Part shown: in pieces, positions 1-13,909 of the stretch
Layout: each line of letters starts with the position of its first letter
Position numbering within the stretch: the stretch's first letter is position 1
DNA from: Eledone cirrhosa
Lineage: Eukaryota
Direction of reading: 5' to 3'
Assembly (NCBI GenBank): GCA_964016885.1
Contig: OZ024743.1
Location: 327,670,001-327,734,000 of the forward strand
Length of the DNA stretch: 64,000 nucleotides
The notes under the pieces: generated by a model
Told to the model about the DNA's origin: nothing
Database searches by the model: none
The model's input: the letters and a program-made list of their open reading frames with translations, nothing else
Made by a program: the position numbers and the translations under genes

Positions 1-3000
1 AGCTGTGATCCTTATTGTTAAAACACCCAAGAGACTGCTTATTATATGCAACCTTATAAGGAGTCCAGTGAGACCTTTCTAGGTGTGAACTGTAAAAATA
101 CAATTTGTAGGTGTTAATGTGATGTGTATACTAGCTGCACTATTAGGATGATGAAGTCTGTCACCTGTTACTGAAGGTGTCTGTAAGAGATTCTCACAGA
201 AATGGTCCTTTTGTTATTTATTTTGTGCTGATTACGATGAATAAGTGGAAATAACTCTTGCCATTCTCTCTAGAGAGGTTGTCTGTCAAGATTTAAGAGT
301 AATCTTTGTATCTATTTTAATTCAGATGTTCTCCTAGATGGGTTACCTTCTCTATGGCTTACAGAGTTCTCATCTACACTGTGCAGTCTTATTTATTCGG
401 AGTTACTGCTCTCCTATGCGAGCTGCCTTCCCATTAGCTTACAAAGTCTTTCTGTACAGTTTTATTTAGTCACTATTCTAGATGAGTTGCCTACCCTGCA
501 GCTTATGGAGTCCATGTCTGCCCTTATTGGTTTAATAAGTTACTCAAAGGAGGAAGGGCAGTACTCATGCCCTTTTTGATGGCTCTCTAAAACTAGTGAG
601 AGTAAGTTATGCTGAAACCTGACTCAAATACTTGCAACAAACTAGACTCTAAAATCATCTATGAGTCAGGTGGTGTACATGAAAACAGGGTCTTAACAGA
701 CAAAACTATACCTTAAAATAAATAATAATAATGAAATTATTGTGTAAAGTGCTCAGGTGCACTACAACTCGTCAATATAGTACATAGAATAATACACAAA
801 TGTCAGGGAAGTACATGTGTGTATGTGTTAGCTGTAGTGTTGGCGGATCTCGGGAAGCATGGAGGCCTTAAAGGATGCAGTGTCTCGACAGCTAACCTTG
901 TTAATTTATATAGTGCAACAAAACTACAAATAAAGGAAATAATTTAAAAAATACACTTTGAGAAAGTGTATGATCATGAATATCCTTAAACCAGCAAGAT
1001 TTGAATTCAGAATTTAGAGATTTGGAATTATATACATTTTAGTCTTGCTGAGTGAGTGATGCCTTGTAATCTATCATCTAATAAAAGAAAACTATATAAA
1101 AATGAAAAGTATTTATAATCAAAATAACAATACAAATGCTCTAATATTCCTTACACTCACTAATCAAGGAACACAAAGAGCAAACAGACTCCTATATATT
1201 AAATCATCTTGTAATATGATCATAATAGACTTACTTCAGGATAAATACCAAGGAGAGCTTTAGTTCTACTGTAGAATTCTTCTTTCACAGATATAACAAC
1301 AAATGGAAATTAATTTCAGCTTGTTCTTCAGTGATATTAGATGAATATTCTGCCCCATCCTTTCTTTGACTCTTTGTATTTAGATTACTTTGTTTTTATT
1401 TATTTCCATGTGAAAGTGAAGTGGCGTGGCTTAGTGGTAAAGATGAAAAGTAAAGCTAACTTAGGAGAGATGTGAACTCAGAACGTAACTATATGCCTTA
1501 AAACATGTCCGATACTCTACCAATACTGCCAATCCAAATAGAAACTGCTTCTAGTAATGAGAAGTTTAGGAGAGCAGAAAAACACCAATGAGTTGTTAAA
1601 GTCACATGATAAAGTTTGTAAACATAAAACATATAACAATCTAATATGTTATGACAGAGAACTGAGTAATCGATGTATAAGGTTACGAGTTTGATTACCA
1701 GACTCGGTGGCACATTGTGTCCTTGAGCAAAGCACTTTATTTCACATTGCTCCAGTCCCACTCATCTGGAAAAAATGAATTACAACAAAACTAGTGCCAA
1801 GCTGTATTAGCCTCTGCCTTTCCCTTGGACAACTTCAGTGATCTTCCATGAAACACTCTAGTGGTTAGGGTGTTAGACTCATGAACATATGGTCCTTGGG
1901 TTCAATTCCTGAACTGAGCAGTGCATTGTGTTCTTGAGTAAGCTGCTTCATTTCATGTTGCTTTTCATGATATGACAAGAACACCCTATCATTAAAACAA
2001 TTGAGAAACCCCCTATAAGATACAACCTTATAGGAGGCCAGCTAACCAAACCTACATGAGTGTGAGCTGGAGCCCTCTATCATTGAGAAATATCCTGTTA
2101 GATTGCAATCTTGTGGTAGGCCCTAAAAATCTATATATGCGTGAGCTGTAACATGATAGGACAGGGGTCAATTATTAATAAAACACTTAAGAAACATCCT
2201 ATGTGATCCAACCTTGTAGGAGACCAGCTAAATCTCCATAGGTATGAGCTGTAAATTTCATTTTTTTTTTCATTTCATTGAGATGATATTTTGTTGATAG
2301 TGTAACTTATATATCCTAGATCCCTTCTATTGGTATTGGGAACTGTTTCATGACATGCTCTTATTCCCACTGTATCCTTGCTTCCTGGCTCTCTTTCAGA
2401 GTATTGGTAACACATATGAACCTTCTCTTGCTTTCTCCACAGGGCTTCCATCATACTCTTCCCCACTCTACCATACCCTCCTCTGTTGTGGTCACAATGG
2501 CTTTTCTAGTAGTGATGTTAGTGCCACAATAAAATGCACTAAAATACACCCAATACACTCTGTAAATGGTACTGCTGGTCTCACAATACAATCACTGTAG
2601 TACATCCTATAAGTCAGTATTGCTTGTACTGCAATAAAATGCCCCTGATACACTCTGTAAAGTGGTAGTGCTGGTGTTACAATAAAATGCACCCAGTACA
2701 CACTGTAAAGTGGTAGTGCTGGTGCCATGATAAAATACACTGAAACATGGTGCTAGAAAGAGCATCTGGCTGTAGAATTCATGCCAAAAATGATACACGA
2801 GCAAGGTGTGGCTCCAATGTAAACTCCTCTGCGCCATCTGGCCTCTCTTGTCTGGAAAGCAGATGTAAAATGATGATGAATGAAATAACCCAATGTAGCT
2901 ACTATCATCTCTTAATGATGATCTTTGCAAAAATAATGTGACATATTAAACTGTTTTCTTTGTCAGATATGGATTCCAACTTGTTATGAAAATCTTGAGA

Positions 3001-3046
3001 TGTAAGTGAAGCCGGTGTCCCCATCTGCTGGCCAGATCCCTTTAAA

Positions 3047-3092
<46 letters not shown>

Positions 3093-6000
3093 CAAAATAA
3101 AAAAAATTAGAGGCATAGAGATAGTGACAACTTACTTCACATTGTACAGTTTTTTTTTCCTTCTTGCTAGAATCGAATTTTATATTTAAAAGCTCATTTA
3201 AAAAGAAAAAAAAAATGTATTTGTCAATGAAAAGGTATCCTGAAAATGGCAGAGTATTTCATTTTTAATAAACTTTTTTTCACAATAATGTAATTTTTTT
3301 TTGTTGCCTTTTTTTAATATATATATGCATGCATAAAATTGATATATATTTTTTCCTATTTAAATATAAGTGTATATATAAATTACATTGATTTTTGTAG
3401 ATCCAGTTTGTATGTATAGATTCTTTTAAAAATGTAAATGCAAGGGTATAGTGTACGATTACAATGGGAGAAAAAATAGATGAAATTACATAATTTGTGC
3501 CATGATAAAATGCACCTAGCCCTCTCTGTGAAGTGGTGTGTTAATGCCACAATAAAATGCTCCCAGCCCACACTAAAATGTAGTGCTGGTACCATGATAA
3601 AAAGTACCTAGTCCACCTTGTAAGGTAGTAGTTCTGGTATCAAGATAAAATGCTCTCAGTACACATAAAATGGTTGGCATTAGAAAGGGCATCAAGCCAT
3701 AGAAACCAAGCCCAAAATGGAACATATGAGCAAGATATAGTCACCTGACCAGTCAACCCTCAGAATGTAACTTGTCTAACACCTGCAAGCATGAAAATAG
3801 ACATTAAATAGTGATGAAAATGATAATGGAAGAAAGCTTGCTTGATAGAATGCACAGATTTTCTTGCAGAAACGTGTAGGAATAAATAAATGATGTAACT
3901 TTACCTATTGTTTTCTCTTATCCTCACATTACATCTTTTAAGTGCATATAAATATATATATTTGTATTTTTACAATCTGTTTTATACTGTTTGTTTTTTT
4001 AGTAAAAACAAGAATATTATGAAGACTTGATGATGTTGGATCTTGTTAGGAAGCATAAGGCTGTTTTCCATGAGTGTAGAACTGATTGAATCAGCTTAAG
4101 TTTAATATATATTGTGGCACCAAAATGATAGGACGTGAGACCCTATCATTAAAACACGAGAAATCTCTGAGATGCAACCTCATAGGAGGCCAACTAAATC
4201 TATATAGGTCTGAGCTGTAACAAAAAACTAGCACTTGAGAGGTTGTCATGTTCTCAACGTAGTTGAAGAGTCTTCTGAACCCTTTTGGCATGGTTACAGC
4301 TGGATGTCCTTCCTCATATCAACTACTTTGATAGAAGGTATAGTTGATTAAATACCTCAGTCTTTGATTGGTACTTTGCCTTTCATCTTTCCAGGGGTCA
4401 ATAACATAAAATTTGATCTTCAACACTAGGTGGGTTGGAAAAGAAAACTGAATCCCCACTGTATTTGAATTCAAACATACAAGCCAGAGCTAGTTGGTAT
4501 GATACACCTAGTTCATCATCATCCACTGTGTTGATTATTTACATAAGCGCAGGCATGGCTATGTGGTTAAGGAGTTCGATTCACATGATTTTGGGTTTCA
4601 TCCTATAGCTTTGGGCAAGTGTCTTCTATTAGAGCCTTAGGTTGACCAATACTTTGTGAGTGAAATTTAGTGTATAAAATCTGTGTAGAAATCCATTATA
4701 TATATATATATGTGTGTGTCCATGTTTATTTCTTCTAAATTAGCAGTTGGACAAAAAAGAATTGATAAAAGTACCAGATAAGTACTGTGGTCAGTATGAT
4801 CAGCTAAATCTTCAAAGCGGTAGTACTCCAGCATAGCCTCATTCTAATAATTGAAACAAGTAAAAGAATAGGTATAAGTTGAGTTATAGTTTGCAGGTGT
4901 TTTTCATTACAGCCCTTTACATTCTGTATTCAAATCTAGCTGAGGGTCAACTTATTTTATAGACCCTTAGAAGAATGAAAAACAAATTACTAGTGAAATA
5001 CTAAGGTTATTTCATCAACTGTACCATCCTTGAAAATGTGTGGCTTTGTGCCATTGTTAGAAATTAATATTATCCCTATAAGCCTGAAGCTTTGTGCTTA
5101 TGTAAATCACTATTACAGTTTTTTTTTATTTAAGAGCTTAAAATTATGGTTAGAAAAGAAGTCAATTCTACCTCTAGCACTTCAAAGCTACATTAATTTT
5201 GATTCCATTGTATAAAAGATATTTTTAATTAGAAAAAAAAATAGTGATATTCGTTATGGGTTTTTCTGTTAGATTTTGTCTTGATCGTAACATTTTAATT
5301 TCTTTAAGTTAATTTATAAGAATTAGGTTTTAATGCAAATATTTTTTCTTGCAGGGAAACACAATATTTAAAATGTTCTTACTACTACTGCTATTCCATT
5401 CTTCTTCAATCTCTTAAGGGTATCAAATTCATCTTATCACAAGTAGATTTTTGATGTCTTATACCCTACAAGCTGCTTCTTACTGAAAACTGAGATTTCT
5501 GACATTTTTAGGATTTAAAAAATATAATATATAAAACTCAACTACAAACATACATTTGTGGGGAATCAAAGCATTTTAAATGATGCTGCATTTCTTTTGT
5601 AAGTATGTTCAGAGACAAGCAAGAGTTAATTTTTATTTGAAGTAACTTCTAACAGTGAAGTCTGGTTATTAGAATTCTTGTAACAAGATATCACCATCAT
5701 GAAGCACATATTTCATTTAATACATACATCATATTCGTTAAACTCTTAACATCCTGTACCAAATTAGCAAGACATTCTTGAAATGTACAAAACAGTACTA
5801 TGATTACATCACATTAAAAAATTAAAATTGTTAGTTTACTGCGAATTCTCACAATCTTTCCCCTAGTAAAGATACTACAAACATTTGAATTAACAAATCT
5901 GTTTTTCAATATTTTCTGTGAAATCATTGTAGGATATTAACTCTTAATGCCCTGTAACACATGAAACCACATTAGCAAGACACAGTACTAAGACTAACAC

Positions 6001-6816
6001 ATTAAAATTCAAGTTTTCAAAAATTTCACAACAATCTGTCCATTTGTAACAATACTATAATCATTTGAATTAACAAACCTATTTTTAGATATCTTCTGCT
6101 AAATTATTACAGGATGTTAAGTGTTAATATTACGCTTTAAATAAGAAAATGATAGCCATAAACCTTTTTTTCCCTACTAAATAAATAAGAATCAAATTAC
6201 AATATATAGAGAGTACGCATCACTTATTACCACTTTCATTTATAACAGCATTCTCATAAAAAAACAACAAAATATATTTAAAAAATAATATTTAATATCG
6301 AATTGCCTTCAATATTTTCAAAAATGAGGTGATTAAAACAAAGATACTGTCACACATTGTGAAATTAAAAGACTATTATTTAAACAATTTTAACTGGATT
6401 TTTGGTTTTGTTTCTTTTAATCTGTTTTTGATTCCTATCTTAGTACTACAGGGTGAAGTCTGTTAGAGTTATTACTGTGTTCTTGGTATGCTGGTTTGAT
6501 TCCATATTGTTGACATTTACTTGTGGCCAATGAGGGACAGATAGCACGGAAGAAAAAAACTCAACTTTTTAAAAATTGTTAATCAAGTCTTTTTAAATAT
6601 GATAATATATATATATTTGCATAAAATCTAAACTATATATATATAAATATATGTACATGTACACACTGAAAAGTGGGTGTTTTATGTACAAGTGTACATT
6701 GAATGTTTAAACATAAACTGAATGAGTACTTAGTACATGTGAACAGAGAAAAGATTTATTTTCCAAAGAAAAAAGTGTTAGTGAATTTGAAGTTTTAGCA
6801 TTGATGCCACTTCAGG

Positions 6817-6850
6817 CTGAAGAGGCATCAATGCTGAAACTTTGAAGTCT
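6817..6850 (+). ncRNA. Hammerhead ribozyme core (stem I 5' strand missing), half of a palindrome
   Basis: CTGAAGA-ggca(tcaa)tgct-GAAA-ctt(tg)aag-TC: intact core, stem II, stem III and GUC triplet. Confidence 0.6.
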
Positions 6851-7422
6851 TTACTACCCTTTTCTTTAGAAAAAAAAAACGTGTGTATGTGTGTACTTGG
6901 TTAGAATAAATACACTATCTTTGCATGTCATAAGAGGCAACTAAAAGGTTTATACAAGGAAGAGCATCTAGTTGTGTAACATTGCCTCAAAAAGAACCTC
7001 ATTGATGTATATGAAGTTTGCCATGGGGAACGCATGGCTAACCTTTGCTTTAGCAGGGACAATGGCCTCAAAATGCTTATGTTGTGTGTATATACATATA
7101 TATAGTTGAGATTTTATGCAAAAAAACTTTGTAAACAATGTGTAAATATATATTGTTTAGGTTTTATGCAAAATAACATGTAGACAGACAATACAATTTG
7201 AAAAAAATAGCGACTTTGCTTCAGCAATATGAATATAGAATCCTGCCTAACAACCAGTTGTTATAATTCTTACACTTTGGAATTAAGTGTACATATGTCT
7301 TCTTGTTTGGTGGAAGTTTATACAGCTGTAGATCGATATCTTCAATTCAGTAACTTAACTTTCACAGTTTGCTATCATCTTCCTGTCATATGTGGGTATA
7401 TGATCTTAAACCTTTAACTAAA

Positions 7423-7575
7423 TTAGAGGAATCGAGATTTTCCACTGCCAAATCTTGAACTCAGTGATTGAGATCTATCAATGATAGATTTTCGTTGAGC
7501 ACTGTTCAGATGAACAGTTTCCAAGTCATGTTCGCGGCTAAAAGGTCGTCGAAGAACAGGTTCATCATTGTCTTT
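7423..7575 (-). CDS. GPALPP1: GPALPP1 terminal coding exon 6 (KDNDEPVLRRPFSREHDL...LSSRFGSGKSRFL*)
   Basis: Polypyrimidine tract plus cag acceptor; RRPF-R--DL and RF-G---FL* C-terminus typical of the family; TAA stop at 7423-7425. Confidence 0.92.
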   Translation of the reverse strand, partial: KDNDEPVLRRPFSREHDLETVHLNSAQRKSIIDRSQSLSSRFGSGKSRFL

Positions 7576-8185
7576 CTGAAGAAAAGAAAAGAAAGATAAG
7601 TTGGTTAGTTCTTTCTATTTCGTGTTGTAGCTGATAGGCTAAGGCCATGCTGGAGCACTGCCACTTCGTTACCATATTTTTAATGAAATATACTGTATTT
7701 GAATTTTGGAGGGATTTACTAAACGATTAATTATTTCATTTTCAGATGATATTGGTAACATAACAAAAGGGCCTTATATCAAATTATGATGAAAGATTTT
7801 AAGTTAGAACCCTTTAAAATGGTTGATTTTGTTTTTTAGAACCATAGGCAGGTTCATATCACTTATGAATGGATTTATGCCAAAAGTGGACTACAAAGTT
7901 CCAAATTATATATTTAATCTTTTCGTGACTGTATTTTTAATGAAATAGTATTTCAATTAATTAATGGAGAATTTTTAGGGATATACTAGAATTAATAATT
8001 ATAATAAAATACAAAGATAGTAAAATAACATAGTTCTTATAAAATTGTTGGAAGAGTGTAATTTAAATAGAAACTCTTTAAAATATGCATGTTGGTATCA
8101 GTAGGGTTAAGAAATTGGGATTTATGATCTGGAAATATCTGATTAATAAGAGGTTATCATTACTGTAGATATTTAAGAAATTTAC

Positions 8186-8245
8186 CTTGGCAATTTTTCT
8201 TTGTTTTGCATGCATGTCGAGGAGAGACTCAGATCTTGTGTTTTT
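8186..8245 (-). CDS. GPALPP1: GPALPP1 coding exon 5 (KNTRSESLLDMHAKQRKIAK)
   Basis: tttag|AAA acceptor, AAG|gtaaat donor, 60 nt; conserved RSESL-D-H motif. Confidence 0.88.
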
Positions 8246-8444
8246 CTAAAGAAAAAATATTGTAAATGTTACAGTTTTGATTAAAGACAACTTTAAATAG
8301 AAGTTTATAATATTAACTTACACTTAGAAGCCAAAATTGTCTCAGGATTAACATTTTGATAACAAAAGCATTATTTTGATGTTTTTAGTATGTGACCATT
8401 ATTTTCATCAGGCCTCTATCTTTATTGCAGCTACAATCAGTTAA

Positions 8445-8643
8445 CTCTTAATGTCCTGTACCACATGAAACCATATCACCACAATGTTCTTGATAAATAC
8501 AAAACAATCTGACTGCATCACATTGAATATTAAGTATTTACTTTAGTTTACTGCAAATTTTCACAATGATCTGACCACTTAAAACATTTCAATTAAACTA
8601 ATCTTTAGATATTTTCTGCTAAATCATTACAGGATATTAAGAG
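8445..8643. mobile_element. TTAA-flanked MITE (piggyBac-like target); tandem dimer of the same family at 5743-6123
   Basis: ttaa|ctcttaatgtcctgta ... tacaggatattaagag|ttaa. Confidence 0.7.
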
Positions 8644-8876
8644 TTAACTAAACTCAAAGAATAATGAAAGTTATTAGAATTTATAATTTTAATAATATAT
8701 AAAGAAAAAGTAAAACTGTTCTGCTGTGAAGTAAACCTTTTCCTTTATGTATATAATAACATGTGGTTTAATATCAAAATTGGTTGGACATGAATTTAAA
8801 GAAGGAAATGTCAAGATTGATAAATACCAGTGAAATAACTACATTTAATAGAAATAATAATAATAGTAACACTTAC

Positions 8877-8978
8877 ATTATGTTCATCAACAATTTTGGA
8901 ACACTGTTGGTCTCTTTCATTTGTAAACTGTTCAGTTTCTGTGGCACTTCTCTTCCCACTATGTTTTTCATCACCATC
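8877..8978 (-). CDS. GPALPP1: GPALPP1 coding exon 4 (DGDEKHSG...RDQQCSKIVDEHN)
   Basis: ttccag|GAT acceptor, AAT|gtaagt donor, 102 nt, phase 0/0. Confidence 0.85.
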
Positions 8979-9471
8979 CTGGAAATAATGTTTAAAATAC
9001 ATTCATAATATATGTGTATGTAGAATCTTCCTTAGTTCAGACAATGAGTGTTCCAGTTGATTCTATCAATGGTACAGCCTGCTTGTGAAATTAATATGCA
9101 TGTGGCTGAGAATTCCATAGATACATGTACCTCTAAGAAATTCTCAGGGAGATTCAGCATGACACAGTGTGTGACAAGACTGGCCATTTTCTCCAGGTGA
9201 GTGAATCAGTGCAATGCAAAATAAATGTCTTGCTGAAGAACACAGCATGTTGCTGAGAATCAAACACAATCATACAACCATGAGTTGAACATCCTAATCA
9301 TAGTCAATAAATTTTCTTTAGTCTTTCATACAATATCTCAGTGTAAGTAAACAACTGCTAAAGATGAGTAACAACCTTGAAATACATGTACACCAAGGTA
9401 GCTATGATATGATCATAGCTTAAAATACAGTGTGACCGCCTGTTATTTATGCACATAAACATATAGGCCCA

Positions 9472-9645
9472 TTGGCAGTATCGGTAGAGGGTCAGGCACC
9501 ATGCTTTGACGCAGAGTTACGGCCCTTTCCATTCTGAGTTCAAATCCTGCCGAGGTCAACTTTGCCTTTCATCCTTACGATAAAATAAAGTACCAGTAAT
9601 GTATTGGGTAATTGCTGGCCTTGTGCCAAAAGTAGAAACAATTAT
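9472..9645 (+). mobile_element. tRNA-derived SINE family 2 (also 14925-15108 minus, 40925-41105, 50970-51165, 61370-61530)
   Basis: tggcagtatcggtaga head, gagttcaaatcc B box, gcctttcatccttacggggtcgataaaataaagtaccag body recurring in the window. Confidence 0.8.
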
Positions 9646-9747
9646 ATACTATAATTCTGAATCATGCATTGTTTGTGCTATTGAAAATAAATTTATACTG
9701 AATCATAATTAAGGTTTTTGTATAATGTAAAGAGAATATTCAAATAC

Positions 9748-9918
9748 CTTTTGTTTCTTGGCTTGGTCAACAGGAGTATCAGTCCACACAGAACGGTCCT
9801 TTGACTGGCATGTACTTTTAGATTGTTTAAATGTTCTTGCAACAAGGCCAAGACCAGGGCCTATCTCTGGGGGCAGTTCTAACATCCATGATTCTCGGGT
9901 TAAAGCTTCATCATCCAC
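9748..9918 (-). CDS. GPALPP1: GPALPP1 coding exon 3 (VDDEALTRESWMLELPP...DRSVWTDTPVDQAKKQK)
   Basis: ttttag|GTG acceptor, AAG|gtattt donor, 171 nt; conserved RESWM-ELP and DRS-WTDTP motifs of the GPALPP1 C-terminal (DUF3752) region. Confidence 0.92.
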
Positions 9919-11224
9919 CTAAAAGGACAGTATAAATATGTGATGGTGAGTGAAAGTGGTAGCTGTTAGCTAAAAGAATGATGGTTAGAGGTATGAGGTG
10001 ATGGAAACGAGTGATGAATTTCAACATATATGGGAAATTGTGAGAGAAACTGGTATATGTCTAATAAGAGTCTCTTGGGTGGGGGGAAATGATGGTTAGT
10101 GGTGATAGGAAGGGCATCCCGCTGTAGAAAGCTTGTCAAACAAAGGGTTGGGAGGACTCTCAGTTATGTCAGACATGACAACCTCCCCTGTGCATGACTG
10201 TACATAAGCGAGACGATAGGTCCCTGGCTTGTCTGGGAGATCAGTAGCCACTGCTTCAGTACTGATCATGTAGACCCGTCCAACCCTTGCTTACAGAGAA
10301 GCCGGATTAAAACGATAATGATGTTAGAGGGTAACAATGCTGAATATGCTATCTCATTACATAGGCATTGTAATGGAAGATGAGTATCGTAGTAGAGTAC
10401 CAATAAACATGTTGATAATAATTATTGGTAGCAATTCATTGATAAATGGGAATAAATATCAAATCATTTAAAAACGAAAAGTATCTTATTCTGTGAGAAC
10501 CCTTCAAATGTGAATAGATGGCACGACAAACTATCTTCATTTTAAACACAGAAAAAAGTTACCACTATCACCCTATCTGGCCACTGGAAAAACCCTTCAT
10601 CCTGTCATGTCCCAAACTTTAGACCTGACACTATCAACCCATACCAGCATAGAAAACAGATATTTGATGATAATGATAATTATATATAGAAACTAAAGAA
10701 TCATCATCATTTCTTGTCCATTTTCCCATGCTTAGGTTTGATTTGTCTTATCAAGCATGGAAAAATGAATGTAAAATGATGATTAGTAAAATTCTAACTT
10801 GAAAAAAAAAAAATACAAGTGTTTTTAGACCATTTTGCCTGCTAAAGCCTTGCAAATCCCTTTTATATTCATCATGGGGTCCTTTTAAAGACAATGTTTT
10901 ACAGCCAGATGCCCTTCCTAGCAACAACCCTTTAGTTGCCTCATAGGACACACAGAGATATAGTGTACCTATAATAAACATTAGCATCATTTAACATCCA
11001 TTTTTTTTTCATACTACCCAAGTCAGTACTTAATCAGTGCTACTGACATCTCAGTTGCACTAAAGGGCCACATCTTACATATGTTAATGCACTCTACAGA
11101 GTGCATAGGGGCACTTTATTGTGGCAGACTGCATTTTAACATGATACAATACGTCAATGTAACAAACTAAACAAAAATCATATCAATGCTATGAGCATAA
11201 TGAAAATCAAAAGAAAATGTCTAC

Positions 11225-11934
11225 CTTGTTTGTGAGTTTGTCTTTCATGTTAGTGGATCTTTTTTCAATAGCATCAGTTATTGATTCATCTCTCATTCCT
11301 TGTTTGAACATTTCAGAAGGAAGCGGACCAATCAGAGATAAATCTTCCTCTACAGTTGATGGTTTAGCACTCTCAGAACAATCGTCTTTTGCTCTGGCCT
11401 TGATTAAATCAGGTGGTAATGCCGGTCCAAAAATATCAAATGAACTGGCACACCTGCCAGGTGACAAGGTCTTGCTTTGTTTGAGGCCAGGATAAGATTC
11501 GCTGTTGACAGTGTCAGTTGAAGAACTTGCTGAAGCTTTCATTTCAACAGCGATCATATTAGGAAGCTGAGGGCCAATTATCTTGTGCTCTTTAAGAGAT
11601 GTTGAGGAACTTACTTCAACATTAGAAGGTGAGGGTTTAGTCCTTTGTGAGGTGGGAACTGTGGGTCCTATCATGATACTGTCTTCTTTGTCTGATAGAG
11701 AAGACACTGATGTTTCTTGACAGGAACCTCTGTAATCACTTGGTAACCTCTGCTGCCAAGAACTTGACACTTCAGTGTCTTTACATGAATGATGAGCTGT
11801 CTTCTCATTATCTATAGAGTCAGCTTCTCTGCAGTTCAACGTGCTTTCAGAACATGTAGGTAAGTTATCTTCAGATGAGATATATCCATCAGATGACGTT
11901 ACGATATTGTCATTGTCCTGATTCCTTTGGAAAC
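11225..11934 (-). CDS. GPALPP1: GPALPP1 coding exon 2 (Ser-rich, repeated IGP/FGPALPP motifs)
   Basis: taacag|GT TTC CAA... acceptor; open frame matches ORF 11207..11839 with IGPTVP, IGPQLP, FGPALPP, IGPLP; ends AAC AAG|gtag. Confidence 0.9.
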
Positions 11935-12693
11935 CTGTTAGAGAGAGAGAGAAACATAATTTTTAAAAACACTTAATGGGATATCATCATTGTCATTTTT
12001 ATGTCAACCATTCCATGCAAGCATGGGTAGAAAGGGACATTTTGAGGCAATGTTTTACAGCCAGATACTTTTCCTGACACCAACCCTTTTTGTTGCTTCT
12101 TCAACAAGCAGGGATACACACAAATTAAAAATAAACAGAATGTAGCCTGCTATTCTGAAGTCCCCCTTGCCTGCCCCCACCAGTATGTAGCTGGTTCATC
12201 AAACAGGAGTTTTTATTTTTCTGAAGATTCAGCTACATGTTGAGGAAACTCCAGAGTAACAGACTACTGGATTAGCAAGGCAGTGGAGGTTTGGATTCAG
12301 AGTTTTCCTTCTTCTAGATGGACTGACTTCCTGCCAAGGCTAACAACCTTCATCTGGTCCAATGTGGCAGGGTTGCATGGTAGCCAGTAGCAGGACAATC
12401 CAGGGAAACCAGAACCTGACCTGACCTGATGGCAACCTACATATGTACATGCTAATGGATGGCCGTTGACTCACACAAGTTCCTCCGCCCTTTGACAGGT
12501 TTTGTTTTTCGTCCAATAATCACCAAGCAAGCCTGGTGGGGTTGCCGGTTTAGTCACCGATGATGCGACCATGGAACAGGTTGTACTTGGTTACATGTCA
12601 CCAGTAGCACCCAGGAGGGATCTGCCCTAAATATTTACTATGTTATTGAGAACTCACTTTCACCAATACTTCTAGGCTCTGGGTATATATATA

Positions 12694-13893
12694 CAGGGTG
12701 CGAACGATATTTGTTCGCAAGATTACAGTCTAGGAAAAAATAACAGTAGTTTTATTTTTTAAGATTTATTTATCAAACTTGGGTCAGTTTGTCTTCATGA
12801 CTTGTTCTTTCGATCGCACTCGATAAACCCGCATTTTGGCTTTGATGACGGCCTCGGAACCGGCTACAGGCCTTCGTCACTGTCCCCCGACTTAGGCCCC
12901 TAAAGGCACTTGTGATCCTGGCCTTCAGATCGTCTTTTGTATTGCAGCTAGATCTGTTGGTGTCTCATTCCACTGCGCCCCACACAAAGAAGTCGAGGGG
13001 GTTGCAGTCAGGTGAGCTGGGAGGCTAGATGTCAGGAGAAGTGTGGTCGCGAAGTTCTCTGACAGCCTACCTGCAGCTACCTGGTCAATCCAGGGCTTTA
13101 CTACCTTGCTCAGAACGCGGATGTAGCCATCGGTGTTCAGCTTGAGGCCCTCAGTGAAGAAGTGAGGTGGCATGACGTCACCTTGACTGCTGATGACACC
13201 TAAGACCAATGTTGTCTCTGGAAACTTTGTCTGCATGACTCTGGGCACGTCTTTGGATGAGACAGCGAGCCACCTGTTGTTCTGGGAGTTGATCTGGTCT
13301 TGGCAGAAGTTTTTCTCGTCGGAGAAAAACCACAGCAGGTCTGGCTCCAGTGGGTGTTTCAACTCGTTGATCAGCTTCTTTGCGTGCTTCGGTCACTTTT
13401 CTTGCATCGCCTTTGACAGAAATTGTCCTTTCCTCATCTTGTATGAAACGTAGCAAATGTCTTCATGTACCACCAGCCTAATGAGCTTTTCATCCACGCC
13501 TTTCTCCTTTGCTAGGTTCATTGTTGATGATATCCTGAACTTCAGCGACAAACTCAGGCGTTCTGAAGGCGTCAGATCGTCGATCATGTGTTTTCCTCTC
13601 TGATGTTGCTTCGTAGTCGAATCCTGAATCTTCCAATTGCTTTCTGACCTTTTCCACCATTCTCCTGCTGATGCTGAGAAAGTCTGAGATTTCCTTATTT
13701 GTCCTCCCGGCGCGGATTCCAAGAAGAACTCTGTGTCTCTTCCACAAATCTGGAGGTTCAAAATTATTCATAATCAATTATTCTGAAAATAAATAATGGA
13801 AATATAGTCACTGTTTTTATGAACAACGGAAGTAAAAAAAATTTGCATAAAATTAGCAGTTGAAAATTGCGAACAAATATCGTCCGCACCCTG
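12694..13893 (-). mobile_element. Tc1/mariner DD37D (maT-type) DNA transposon, both TIRs present, defective
   Basis: 27-bp TIRs cagggtgcg(a/g)acgatatttgttcgcaa with one mismatch, TA flanks; frameshifted transposase with HTH N-terminus, FSDEK and SPDCNPLD motifs. Confidence 0.92.
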
Positions 13894-13909
13894 TATATAT
13901 ATATATTTA

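Noticed and set aside
1230-1390. Minus-strand coding exon with gtaag donor
   Set aside because: No clear acceptor, stops in the candidate frames, no recognisable protein.
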